The notes under the pieces are model-generated. The model was not told the DNA's origin. It saw nothing but the letters and a program-made list of their open reading frames with translations, and ran no database searches. Shown here piece by piece: positions 55,768 through 64,000 of a stretch of 64,000 nucleotides of DNA (the first letter of the stretch is position 1; every line of letters begins with the position of its first letter). The translations under genes and the position numbers were made by a program. The DNA lies in contig CAYXJO010000008.1 of assembly GCA_964465205.1 (NCBI GenBank), positions 2,164-66,163 of the forward strand, read 5' to 3'. Origin of the DNA: an uncultured Gammaproteobacteria bacterium (GTDB taxonomy: Bacteria > Patescibacteriota > Patescibacteriia > Magasanikbacterales > GWA2-37-8).

Positions 55768-58407
55768 ATGTGTAGGAGGAGGGTCATAATATTTTCTGCT
55801 GCTATTATTAGCAGTTTTTTTGTTTGTCTTAATCCAGTATTTGCAAAAGTGCTAATCGGCGCGGTGGCGCCACAACTATCTACCGCCGAGAATGAATATG
55901 TGGAATTATATAATTATAGTAGCACCAGTGTGAATTTGGCTGGTTGGTCTTTGAAAAAAATAGCCAGCACCGGCTCATCGTCTACGTTGGTTTCGGATTT
56001 TGGCGCTGCCCACATTGTTCCTTTTGGTTATTTTTTGGTGGCGCATAATAATTATTTACCAATTGACGGTGTGGCGGCGGATAAAGTTTATACGGTTAAC
56101 TCTAACAATCTAGCAGCTATAAATAACGGCGTAATTTTAATTGACGACGTCGGTCAATTAATAGATGCAGTATTCTGGGGTAATGTATCCTCGAGTTTGT
56201 TTGTTTCTGGCGTTGCCAATCCTGGTACTAACAAAAGTTTGGTGCGCCGGCCGGATGACGAAACAGGGAATTTTGTGGATTCTGATGATTGTGGTTTGGA
56301 TTTTTTTGAGATTGACCCGATGCCGCGTAATAGTTTGAGTGAAGCGCGGCCGATTTGGATAGTGCCAATCGAAGCCACTACGACCCCGACCACTACCGTG
56401 CCTACCACTACCACTGAGGGCGATGTAGGCACATCTTCTCTTTGGTCAATGTTACGATTGAGTGAAGTGGTGAGCGACCCCAATGAGGGCGATGAATGGG
56501 TTGAGTTGTGGAACGGCGCCAGTAGTAGTTTGGATTTGTCGGGTGGTTTGATTTGTGACAGTCGCGGTATTGACGCCAGCAGTACTGCTTGTAAAGACTT
56601 GTTGGGGGTTATTAGCCCGTTAGATTTTTTTGTATTTTCTTGGGGTGGATATTTTTTGAACAACGACACTCCTGATAGTGTGGTATTGAAAAGTCCCAGT
56701 GGCGAAATAATTGATCGACTAGATTATGGTGATGGTGGGCGAGTAAGTGCGCCCGAAAAAGGCGAATCTTTGGCACGCTATCCAGATGGTATGGGTGATT
56801 GGTGGATTACTACCGATATCACTTCTGGCACAGCGAATCATATTGTGGCACCGACTGTGGGTGGGTCGGGCGGTGGGTCGAATTATTACCCAACTACTCC
56901 AATTGTCTCCAACACCACGACTAAAGTTTTGGTAAAGAAAGATTCTGCCACATTAAGTAAAAAAGACAATAGTATCATTTGGAAAATAACTTACCCCACA
57001 AAAATTATAATTGGTGTTACAACCACCTTTGTTGCTACCGGAACGTTGGATATGCGGGGCGGAAAATTTTCTTTTATTTGGAATTTTGGCGAAGGAGTTA
57101 CTACTACCGGGGCGACACCCGGCGTAGTATTTGTTTCATCTGGCGTACATTATATAAACATTTTTGCAACCAGCACCGCCGGCAGTGTGGGTGAGAAGCA
57201 AATAAAAATAATGGTGTACCCCACTACCACTACTGCTAGTGCGGTAGTGATCAGTGCGGTGTTGCCAAACGAAACCGGCACGGATGACAGTGAATATATA
57301 AAAATAAAAAACACCGGTACCAGCACAACTGATATTTCACGCTGGAAGATTTTGTACAAAAGTGACGTGTACCAAATTCCGGCAAGCACTACCATCATTG
57401 GTGGTGATGAGCTGGTGTTTTACAAAGCGATTACCAAATTTAATTTAAACAATAGCGGTGGTGAAGTGGAGTTGCGAGACGTGAATGATTTTTTGGTGGA
57501 TGTTTTTGGCTACGGCAAAACCAAAGAGGGGGTTGAGATTGTGAGTAGTGCGACGTCGTCGGTAGGTGTGATTAGTAGTTCCACCGGCAAAGTTGCACCT
57601 ATTAAATTGGCCAGAGTGGTTGCTAGTAAAATAGCCAATGCGTATTTAGGTCTGGTTTCGCTGGAACAAGCTCGTGCGGCCGAAGATAATGTGGTGACGC
57701 GGGTGCGTGGTTTGGTGACAGCTTTGCCGGGCGTGTTTGGTAGTCAGTATTTTTATATTTTCGATGGTGTGCAAGGGTTACAAATTTATCAAAACAAAAA
57801 AGATTTTCCCGCTCTGCAGGTGGGTGACGGTGTAGAAGTGTATGGTACTTTGGGCACAGCTTATGGTGCGCGGCGTCTGCGGGTAAAGACCGATAGCGAC
57901 GTGGATATTTTGTCTACCCAGAATTCTATTAAACCTTTGGTGGTCGAGATTTCGGAAATAGATGAATTCAATTTGGGTGCACTTATTAAAATTAGTGGTA
58001 CGATCACCGAGATCAAAAGTAACTTTATGTATGTGGATGATGGCACATCGGAAGCAGTGGTGTATTTCAAAAAGGGTGCGCAAATAGATAAGAAAAGATT
58101 TAAAGAAGGAGAAAATATGGAGGTGGTGGGTGTGTTGGAGAAGGGGAGTAGTGGTTTGCAAATCTGGCCACGTTCCCAAGAGGATTTGGTGTCGTTGGGG
58201 TTGTCCGAAGATTTGATCAAGAGTCAGGCATTGTTACAACAGACACAGAATGACTCCAAGAAAATGGCCGAAACATACCTGACCACTACTGCCGGCGGTA
58301 TTACCGCATTACTTCTGGCATTTTTGGCACGAGCACGTGGGGCGTTAATTGTGGGTGGGGTCAAAAAAGTTGCTCAACTAGCTGTCAAAATTATTGGTCG
58401 AGGATGA
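55768..58407 (+). CDS. Secreted lamin-tail-domain (LTD) repeat protein with OB-fold module and C-terminal TM anchor
   Basis: Three LTD-like modules (EYVELYNYSSTSVNLAGWSL; DEWVELWNGASSSLDLSGG; EYIKIKNTGTSTTDISRWKI). OB-fold-like VTRVRGLVTAL...YFYIFDG. C-terminal hydrophobic helix. Confidence 0.65.
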   Translation: MCRRRVIIFSAAIISSFFVCLNPVFAKVLIGAVAPQLSTAENEYVELYNYSSTSVNLAGWSLKKIASTGSSSTLVSDFGAAHIVPFGYFLVAHNNYLPIDGVAADKVYTVNSNNLAAINNGVILIDDVGQLIDAVFWGNVSSSLFVSGVANPGTNKSLVRRPDDETGNFVDSDDCGLDFFEIDPMPRNSLSEARPIWIVPIEATTTPTTTVPTTTTEGDVGTSSLWSMLRLSEVVSDPNEGDEWVELWNGASSSLDLSGGLICDSRGIDASSTACKDLLGVISPLDFFVFSWGGYFLNNDTPDSVVLKSPSGEIIDRLDYGDGGRVSAPEKGESLARYPDGMGDWWITTDITSGTANHIVAPTVGGSGGGSNYYPTTPIVSNTTTKVLVKKDSATLSKKDNSIIWKITYPTKIIIGVTTTFVATGTLDMRGGKFSFIWNFGEGVTTTGATPGVVFVSSGVHYINIFATSTAGSVGEKQIKIMVYPTTTTASAVVISAVLPNETGTDDSEYIKIKNTGTSTTDISRWKILYKSDVYQIPASTTIIGGDELVFYKAITKFNLNNSGGEVELRDVNDFLVDVFGYGKTKEGVEIVSSATSSVGVISSSTGKVAPIKLARVVASKIANAYLGLVSLEQARAAEDNVVTRVRGLVTALPGVFGSQYFYIFDGVQGLQIYQNKKDFPALQVGDGVEVYGTLGTAYGARRLRVKTDSDVDILSTQNSIKPLVVEISEIDEFNLGALIKISGTITEIKSNFMYVDDGTSEAVVYFKKGAQIDKKRFKEGENMEVVGVLEKGSSGLQIWPRSQEDLVSLGLSEDLIKSQALLQQTQNDSKKMAETYLTTTAGGITALLLAFLARARGALIVGGVKKVAQLAVKIIGRG

Positions 58408-58502
58408 TTGACTTTTTCTTTTTTTTGTGGTAATTTGCTAGCAGTTTCTTTCATGTGGCTAGTACGTAACTAAACGCTCGTAAGAGAAAGGCGGATATAT
58501 AA

Positions 58503-59174
58503 ATGGAGCACGTGTTGAAAGTTTTTGGAGAGGGCTACGCTAAGTGGCGCGGGTTGGTACGGCCACTGGCTAAAGTGATCGGTCGACGGGTAAGTGCCAA
58601 CACTATTTCGGTGTTGCGCCCATTCGGGGCGCCGTTGGTGGTTCTGTTGGCCGCATTTGACCATCCCGGCATAGCCGTGGTGACATACATCATCTTGGCT
58701 TTGACAGATGCGCTAGATGGTGCGGTGGCTACCGCTCGTCAAGAAATGGGATATCAAGACGATCCCAAGCTCGGCGCATTTATGGATGCTTTCTGCGATA
58801 AGTTGTTTTGGTTGGTCATTGTGAGCGGTTTGTTCTCTATGGGTAGTTATGAGCATGTAGATGTGTGGGCTGTTGTATTATTTCTGGTGGCCTGCGTAGC
58901 GCTCGTCGTTACAGAAGGTGCCCTGGCGGTAGTACGTTTGGCGGATTACAGCTATGAGCGCACCCAGAACGGTCACGCGCACAAAGAACGATTATTACCC
59001 GCCACTCGTGCGGGTAAACTCAAGTTCGTGATTGAGTGTATTGGAGCCGGGGGATTGGTATTCACTCAACCGAACCTAGACTTTTGGTCGTTCTATGTGG
59101 CGTTGGGGTGTTTTGTAGCCGCTTTACCTTTCGCTATCAAGAGTTTGGCGGAGAAACTGCAAGCGAGACGATAG
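58503..59174 (+). CDS. CDP-alcohol phosphatidyltransferase family protein
   Basis: D..DG..AR..G...D...D pattern (LALTDALDGAVATARQEMG...FMDAFCDKLF), multi-TM. Confidence 0.7.
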   Translation: MEHVLKVFGEGYAKWRGLVRPLAKVIGRRVSANTISVLRPFGAPLVVLLAAFDHPGIAVVTYIILALTDALDGAVATARQEMGYQDDPKLGAFMDAFCDKLFWLVIVSGLFSMGSYEHVDVWAVVLFLVACVALVVTEGALAVVRLADYSYERTQNGHAHKERLLPATRAGKLKFVIECIGAGGLVFTQPNLDFWSFYVALGCFVAALPFAIKSLAEKLQARR

Positions 59175-59191
59175 TCGAACTTGCAAAAAAC

Positions 59192-59228
59192 AAAATCCGC
59201 GTCGGAGTCCCGACGCGGTATTTTTTTA
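59192..59228. terminator. Bidirectional terminator (CCGCGTCGG-agtc-CCGACGCGG + T-run)
   Basis: 9-bp perfect stem, read directly. Confidence 0.75.
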
Positions 59229-59591
59229 AAGGATTTTTGATTCTAGCATTTCCGGCATAATGCCTTTGCTAAACGAGCATTGTCTGATACAGGTAACCAC
59301 TGCTGCGATCACTTCTTCGGTGTAGCCGGGTAATCTAGTAATTGCGTTTGCGGCAATTTTTGCGCTTTCTTCGGTTTCATTTTTACTTTCATGGCTATTC
59401 TTTTGGTAAACCACAATATCGTGGAATAATGCAGCTGGTACTAGGATATCCATGTTGGCCTTTTCTTTTTTGCCAATCATTTCTACCAAATTAAGTACTC
59501 GAAGTGCGTGTTGAAAGTCATGGCTAGGGTCGTGTTTAATTTGTTTCTCTTCGGCAATCTCTAATAATTTTGCGCGGGTATTTTTTTCCAT
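59226..59591 (-). CDS. Small HD-domain phosphohydrolase
   Basis: H...HD...D pattern (FQHALRVLNLV...LFHDIVV). Confidence 0.55.
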   Translation of the reverse strand: MEKNTRAKLLEIAEEKQIKHDPSHDFQHALRVLNLVEMIGKKEKANMDILVPAALFHDIVVYQKNSHESKNETEESAKIAANAITRLPGYTEEVIAAVVTCIRQCSFSKGIMPEMLESKIL

Positions 59592-59603
59592 ATTTTTTGC
59601 GAT

Positions 59604-60221
59604 TTAAAGATTGTGTTGGGTAATTTTTATTACATGGGCATCTTCGGGTCTGGAATCTTCGGATAGTAATAATAATTCTGAATTACCAAAATGAAATTGG
59701 TGCAGAATATCTTGCCAGTTGAGTTGGTAATATGCAGCATATATCATTTTGCCAGTATCGCCATGGGTAACAAATAGGACTGATCCATCGCGGTGTTTGT
59801 TTTTGATAAATTCTATTATTTTGCGACCTCGCTCTATTAGTTGTGGGAAAGTTTCGGCACCATCTGGAGATAGAAAATAGGTAATCGTTTTAGTTTTGAT
59901 AATATTGGGTCCACAAACTTGTTCGATATTTTGGTTGGATTGGCCTGTCATGATACCAAAATCGCGCTCTATTAGATCTGGGTATTTCGTTGGTTGGGGC
60001 AAATTTAAATAATCCGCCACGGTTTCGGCCGTGACGTAAGCGCGTTGTAGTGGTGAGCTGTATATTTTGTCGAAAGTTAGCCCCACTTCTTTGATATTTA
60101 TGGCCAGCTGGCGCGCTTGTTCTAGGCCAATCGCAGTAAGCGGTTCATCGCGTTGGCCGTTTAGAATACCATTAGCATTATCCTGGTCTTGTCCGTGACG
60201 CGCCAAATATATCTTTAGCAT
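59604..60221 (-). CDS. Histidine phosphatase family protein (phosphoglycerate-mutase-like)
   Basis: N-terminal catalytic RHG motif (LARHGQ). Confidence 0.75.
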   Translation of the reverse strand: MLKIYLARHGQDQDNANGILNGQRDEPLTAIGLEQARQLAINIKEVGLTFDKIYSSPLQRAYVTAETVADYLNLPQPTKYPDLIERDFGIMTGQSNQNIEQVCGPNIIKTKTITYFLSPDGAETFPQLIERGRKIIEFIKNKHRDGSVLFVTHGDTGKMIYAAYYQLNWQDILHQFHFGNSELLLLSEDSRPEDAHVIKITQHNL

Positions 60222-60276
60222 AGTGTGACAAAATTTTTTGAAGTATTTACATTTTAGTTGATGCTATGTTTCGTGT

Positions 60277-60309
60277 CAAAAAACCCCTCGCAGTCGAGGG
60301 GTTTTTGTT
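60277..60309 (-). terminator. Rho-independent terminator (CCCCTCG-cagt-CGAGGGG + T-run)
   Basis: Read directly, downstream of the DUF378 gene. Confidence 0.7.
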
Positions 60310-60570
60310 TTACATTTTTTTCTCTGCTGTTGTGCAGCAGCCGCTCTTTTGGCAAGCCTCGCCACATTTTTTACAGCTGCAAGCAAGCAGCATGACCAAG
60401 GCGGATAAGCCTACCAAGATGTAGACAACCTTTTCTACTATTGGCCAATTTCCGAACAGAACGTTTACTAAATTAAAATTGAGCAGTCCCACTAGGCCCC
60501 AATTAAGGGCGCCCACGACAGTGAGCACTCCGGCGACCATGTGCACCGGGCACATCTTGCATTTCATCAT
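60310..60570 (-). CDS. DUF378-family small membrane protein with Cys-rich tail
   Basis: LNWGLVGL motif, two TM helices, C-terminal CSCKKCGEACQKSGCC. Confidence 0.6.
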   Translation of the reverse strand: MMKCKMCPVHMVAGVLTVVGALNWGLVGLLNFNLVNVLFGNWPIVEKVVYILVGLSALVMLLACSCKKCGEACQKSGCCTTAEKKM

Positions 60571-60653
60571 AGGATGAAAGTTAAGAATTAAGTGTGGGTA
60601 TTATACCACAAAACAACACTGTCGGCTATTTGACTGTTTTTTGTATGAGAGTG

Positions 60654-60741
60654 CGGAAGGGGAGAGATTCGAACTCTCGAGACCCTTTCGGGCCTACCGC
60701 TTTTCGAGAGCGGCGCACTAGACCAACTATGCGACCCTTCC
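60654..60741 (-). tRNA. tRNA-Ser (anticodon CGA), long variable arm; CCA not encoded
   Basis: Acceptor GGAAGGG/CCCTTCC. Anticodon arm CCGCT-CTCGAAA-AGCGG. Variable arm TAGGCCCGAAAGGGTCTC. T-arm GAGAG-TTCGAAT-CTCTC. Discriminator G. Confidence 0.8.
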
Positions 60742-60879
60742 AGTGTTTAAATATTATTCTAAATTAGCGAAAAAGTCAACGGGTTGACCAACAAAATGCA
60801 TGGTGGGTACCTCTGTTAGTTGCCGAATGTCTGTTGGTGAAAATGTGTGGGGCAAAAAATCATCAAACAATTTACTTCC

Positions 60880-61566
60880 CTATGCATGGTATCTCTTGGC
60901 ATTATTTTTGTTTTGTAAAAATTCAATCAAATCAGCAGTATCCGAATTGATTGAGTGTGTAATTACATTTGGGTTGACGAAAAAATCAGACATGGCCCCA
61001 AGGAATTGGTCGATATTTAAATCGACACGAAATATACAGATATATCTCCACACCGCCAGAATAGGGTCAATTTTATCTACCAAATGAAAAAAATTGACAG
61101 TGCAGTCGGCGGAATTATGTAGTTGATTAAGCGTGGTATTGTATATTGGTTGTAATTTTGTTGGGATGTGTCTGCAAATTATTTCAGCGGCTATGCGTTC
61201 GGCAGTTTTTTTATCATCTGGTAGTCTATATGTGTTTTTACCCAATTCCGGTGTGGTAAAGTCGGGTGTATCGCCGGCAATAATTTCTACCAGATCATGG
61301 TACGCGAGCATTCGAGCTAAGGTTGGCTTGTCTATATCTAGTCCTAATGCGGTCAATAAAATATCCGATTGATTCCCCAGATTAATTATGTGGTCAAGTA
61401 AAGACCTTTTGGGTAAATTTAATCCAAAAGTATCAATCCGTACCGCTTTGCCACTACGCGGTATTTGTGCCAGCTCGTTTATCAAATTTATGGATTTATC
61501 ACCGATATTGATTTGTACAGTAGATAGCTCGGCGAGATATTTTTGTGTCAATTGTGCTACTGACAT
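60880..61566 (-). CDS. HD-domain hydrolase (YfbR-like 5'-deoxynucleotidase family)
   Basis: LAYHDLVEIIAGDTP metal-binding motif. Confidence 0.6.
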   Translation of the reverse strand: MSVAQLTQKYLAELSTVQINIGDKSINLINELAQIPRSGKAVRIDTFGLNLPKRSLLDHIINLGNQSDILLTALGLDIDKPTLARMLAYHDLVEIIAGDTPDFTTPELGKNTYRLPDDKKTAERIAAEIICRHIPTKLQPIYNTTLNQLHNSADCTVNFFHLVDKIDPILAVWRYICIFRVDLNIDQFLGAMSDFFVNPNVITHSINSDTADLIEFLQNKNNAKRYHA

Positions 61567-61571
61567 AAAAT

Positions 61572-62501
61572 TTATTTTTGTTCACCCGGCATTCGTAATA
61601 GAATCGTAAAGTAGCTCGTGGAGCTGTCCACAGTAGGCACGCCCGCAACATCGGCTTGGTTTTGGTTGCGTACTATCTCGACTTGGGTGGCGCCAGCTCC
61701 GGCAGTGGCCATCAAGGTAGTGATTGCAGTAGGCGGTGAATCGATGTAATCATTATTGAATGAATATAATTTTTTGTAGTCATGATTTTCTAGTGCCTTT
61801 TGAGTGATTTGATCGTTGGCACGAGCCCGGTCCGTTGGTAAATAATGAGAAAAATCAATTGAGCCGACTATCAGCGTCTGATCATCTAAGTATGGCTTGA
61901 GCGATTCACCAAAATTTTTGGCACTGGCTAAATCAAAGGTGCTTTTCAAAATAATTGGCACAATGCGCGCATTGGGGAAATAGTATTTGATATACGGTAT
62001 CAGATAATTGATGGAGTGTTCGGTGCGTAAACGATTTTCATCCCACGTCACTAGTTGGGCGGTATAGAGTTTATTGGCGATGGTATTATTTGTTTCCACC
62101 GATCCAATTTTGGTGTTCCACTGCGCAATGCCGGAAATGGCTTCACCTACCCCACCGTCGGTGTGGTTGGGGCCGATGAGTATGATAGTCGTAATTTGGT
62201 CGTCAGAAATTTTTTGGAATAGTTCGGCAGTATAATGCCCAGCCAAATCATGGTGTGGCACAATTGCACCAACCACATTACCGTGGTTGGCATTGGCTGT
62301 TTTGGGATAGGCATGAATGGCACCGGCGAATATTTGCCAATTGTAATCTACTGGAATGATATAGGTGGATTTGGTATTGGTGTGGGTTGTTGCGCTATCT
62401 TTATTTGATTGTGGTGGTGTTTGCCACAACCAAATACCGGCAATAATTAAAATTACTGCCGGTATCGAAATTATTATAATTGTTTTGGGTAGCTTGGTCA
62501 T
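61572..62501 (-). CDS. Memo-like / AmmeMemoRadiSam system protein B family protein with N-terminal TM
   Basis: VPHHDLAGHYTAELF...LIGPNH...GSIDFSHY conserved His/Asp ligand pattern. Confidence 0.6.
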   Translation of the reverse strand: MTKLPKTIIIISIPAVILIIAGIWLWQTPPQSNKDSATTHTNTKSTYIIPVDYNWQIFAGAIHAYPKTANANHGNVVGAIVPHHDLAGHYTAELFQKISDDQITTIILIGPNHTDGGVGEAISGIAQWNTKIGSVETNNTIANKLYTAQLVTWDENRLRTEHSINYLIPYIKYYFPNARIVPIILKSTFDLASAKNFGESLKPYLDDQTLIVGSIDFSHYLPTDRARANDQITQKALENHDYKKLYSFNNDYIDSPPTAITTLMATAGAGATQVEIVRNQNQADVAGVPTVDSSTSYFTILLRMPGEQK

Positions 62502-64000
62502 TACTTATCAATGTTGATAGTACTGTAAGTGGAGAATGATTTGATGGTAGCGCTTTTGAGTGATTGAATTTTAATTGGTTCCACCACATATTTGCCCGGG
62601 CTAACCACGCGGGCGTAGTAACGGAAGAAATTGTTGGCACAGCCGCCGAGCCAGCCTTTGCCTACGATAAATTTTACCTTTTGTCCGTTGGTTTCGTATG
62701 GATACCAGATGTCGCAAGCGTATCCCATATCACGACCGTACATTCTGGTAGCGAGCTGCAGACCGCTTGGTAATATGTCGGTAATTTCGTATTCGCCACC
62801 CAGTGATTTTTGGGAAATGTTGAAATATACACGCACCTCTACGAATTGGCCCTCTTGGAATGTATCAGTCTGCAAACCGGAGCGAGTGAAATATTTTTTG
62901 TCCACCCAAACTAAGTTGGAGTTATTTTTTATTTCTGAGGCGGATTTTTCGAACACCGAAGTTAGCCCTACATTGCCTTCTAGTACCCCAGTAGAGATTG
63001 TTTTAAGTTGATCGGACGACACCACTACGCGGTAACTCTCGCCGTTGTCCAAAGATTTTTCAGTACGTTTACCATCGATGGTAACAAAGAATTTGGACGG
63101 TCCGGCCGGTATGAGCGGTAGTGTTTTTTGTAGGTAGAGAATTTTTTCCAGGTCGGTCAAAATATCCTTGGTGTTGTTTTCGCGGGCATAACTCCAAAAC
63201 ATTTCCGAACGTGATTCGCCTAGCCCGCCGCTCAAGATGGCAGTGAGGGTAGTGGCGGATACCACATCGTCAGTGTTTTTCGACGCATTGATACGGGCGT
63301 AGGGCTTTAATTCTTCGCCCTGATCATTCACCACACGTGTATATATTTCGCGAGCCAATTTTTGGTCGCCTAATTGCTGGGCGGCCAGTGCCAAGAATAA
63401 TTTATCATTGGTACTTAGATCATTTACTTTGGCAAAATCTCGCACTAGGATCAAGACTGGCTCGTTGAGCCCGGCCAAACCATACAGGGCGCGTACAATT
63501 TCGTCTTTGTTGGATCCCTCATTGTTTAATGTGCCGTAGAAGTAGCCGGTTAAGCTGGCGCGATCAAAACGATCGGCGGCTACGGCCGCGACTTTCGCAC
63601 TTAATTCTAATTCAGATGAGCTATATGGTAATAAAGTTATGCCGCCATTTTGATCTTGGTATTTGGAACCATCAAATTCTTCTGGTTGATCGTACTCAGT
63701 ACCAAAATATTTATTGAGTAATTCGTATCCCAGTATGCGAGCTAATTTTTGATCAACGCGATTGCCGTATGCCCAGCCCAAATAGTAAGTGTCATTCAGG
63801 AAGCGGCCACGATTTTTGTCGGTGAAGATTAAAGTGGTGGGGTTGATTTTTCCGCCTTCGATTTTGGGATTGTCTCTCAAGTCGTAAAATTTTTGTTCAT
63901 TTTCACCCAGACGCGAACTTAATACTTTGATTGGCTTAATCACAGCGTCGCTTTTGCCTTGCGCTTCGGCGCCACTGCGGATTTTGTAATCACCCGGTAA
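62501..64000 (-). CDS. Hypothetical protein, 5' end beyond the window (>499 aa)
   Basis: The frame stays open from 63943 to 64000 (…LPGDYKIRSGAEAQGKSDAV-IKPIKVL). The track start is only the first in-window start codon. Confidence 0.6.
   Translation of the reverse strand, partial: LPGDYKIRSGAEAQGKSDAVIKPIKVLSSRLGENEQKFYDLRDNPKIEGGKINPTTLIFTDKNRGRFLNDTYYLGWAYGNRVDQKLARILGYELLNKYFGTEYDQPEEFDGSKYQDQNGGITLLPYSSSELELSAKVAAVAADRFDRASLTGYFYGTLNNEGSNKDEIVRALYGLAGLNEPVLILVRDFAKVNDLSTNDKLFLALAAQQLGDQKLAREIYTRVVNDQGEELKPYARINASKNTDDVVSATTLTAILSGGLGESRSEMFWSYARENNTKDILTDLEKILYLQKTLPLIPAGPSKFFVTIDGKRTEKSLDNGESYRVVVSSDQLKTISTGVLEGNVGLTSVFEKSASEIKNNSNLVWVDKKYFTRSGLQTDTFQEGQFVEVRVYFNISQKSLGGEYEITDILPSGLQLATRMYGRDMGYACDIWYPYETNGQKVKFIVGKGWLGGCANNFFRYYARVVSPGKYVVEPIKIQSLKSATIKSFSTYSTINIDK

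Overview
This window is low-GC, gene-dense bacterial chromosome with almost every gene confirmed by a terminator hairpin I could read. The architecture suggests a reduced-genome bacterium, possibly CPR/Patescibacteria-like: giant repeat surface proteins, an rpmH-rnpA-yidD cluster without yidC, minimal metabolism. It spans the replication-origin neighbourhood (rpmH-rnpA-yidD, dnaA, dnaN) and has four parts.

(i) 1-7.7 kb is a putative integrative element. It carries a large serine recombinase whose 3' end overlaps a tRNA-Ala(GGC), a P-loop primase/helicase-like protein, 10-bp iterons, and a large uncharacterised ORF that runs off the window edge.

(ii) 7.7-21.8 kb is a minus-strand surface-structure operon. 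It encodes an O-antigen-ligase/TPR protein, two secreted proteins, a 1305-aa Cys-rich protein with an embedded Hint/intein-like domain, and a 2055-aa repeat protein.

(iii) 21.8-43 kb is the origin region. It has a parS cluster, two DnaA-box clusters that share a 26-bp palindrome, tRNA-Cys/tRNA-Ala, housekeeping genes (M23 peptidase, hppA, tig, nfo, PBP1A, comM, lspA, dksA), a GC-rich putative ncRNA and a MazF-like TA module.

(iv) 43-55 kb is a patchwork of GC-rich, Shine-Dalgarno-rich and apparently foreign genes. Its core is an aaRS-centred minus-strand cluster: lysS plus a divergent LysRS paralog, an S66 LD-carboxypeptidase/MccF-like protein, an AsnA/AspRS-like catalytic-domain protein, two SAM methyltransferases, an amidohydrolase and a HIT-like protein. 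That cluster is my best candidate for an undescribed system (aminoacyl-nucleotide metabolism or self-resistance).

The window ends with an LTD-repeat secreted protein, lipid and phosphatase genes, tRNA-Ser, an HD hydrolase, a Memo-like protein and a truncated hypothetical. All calls rest on reading the sequence and remembered family motifs; I ran no searches.
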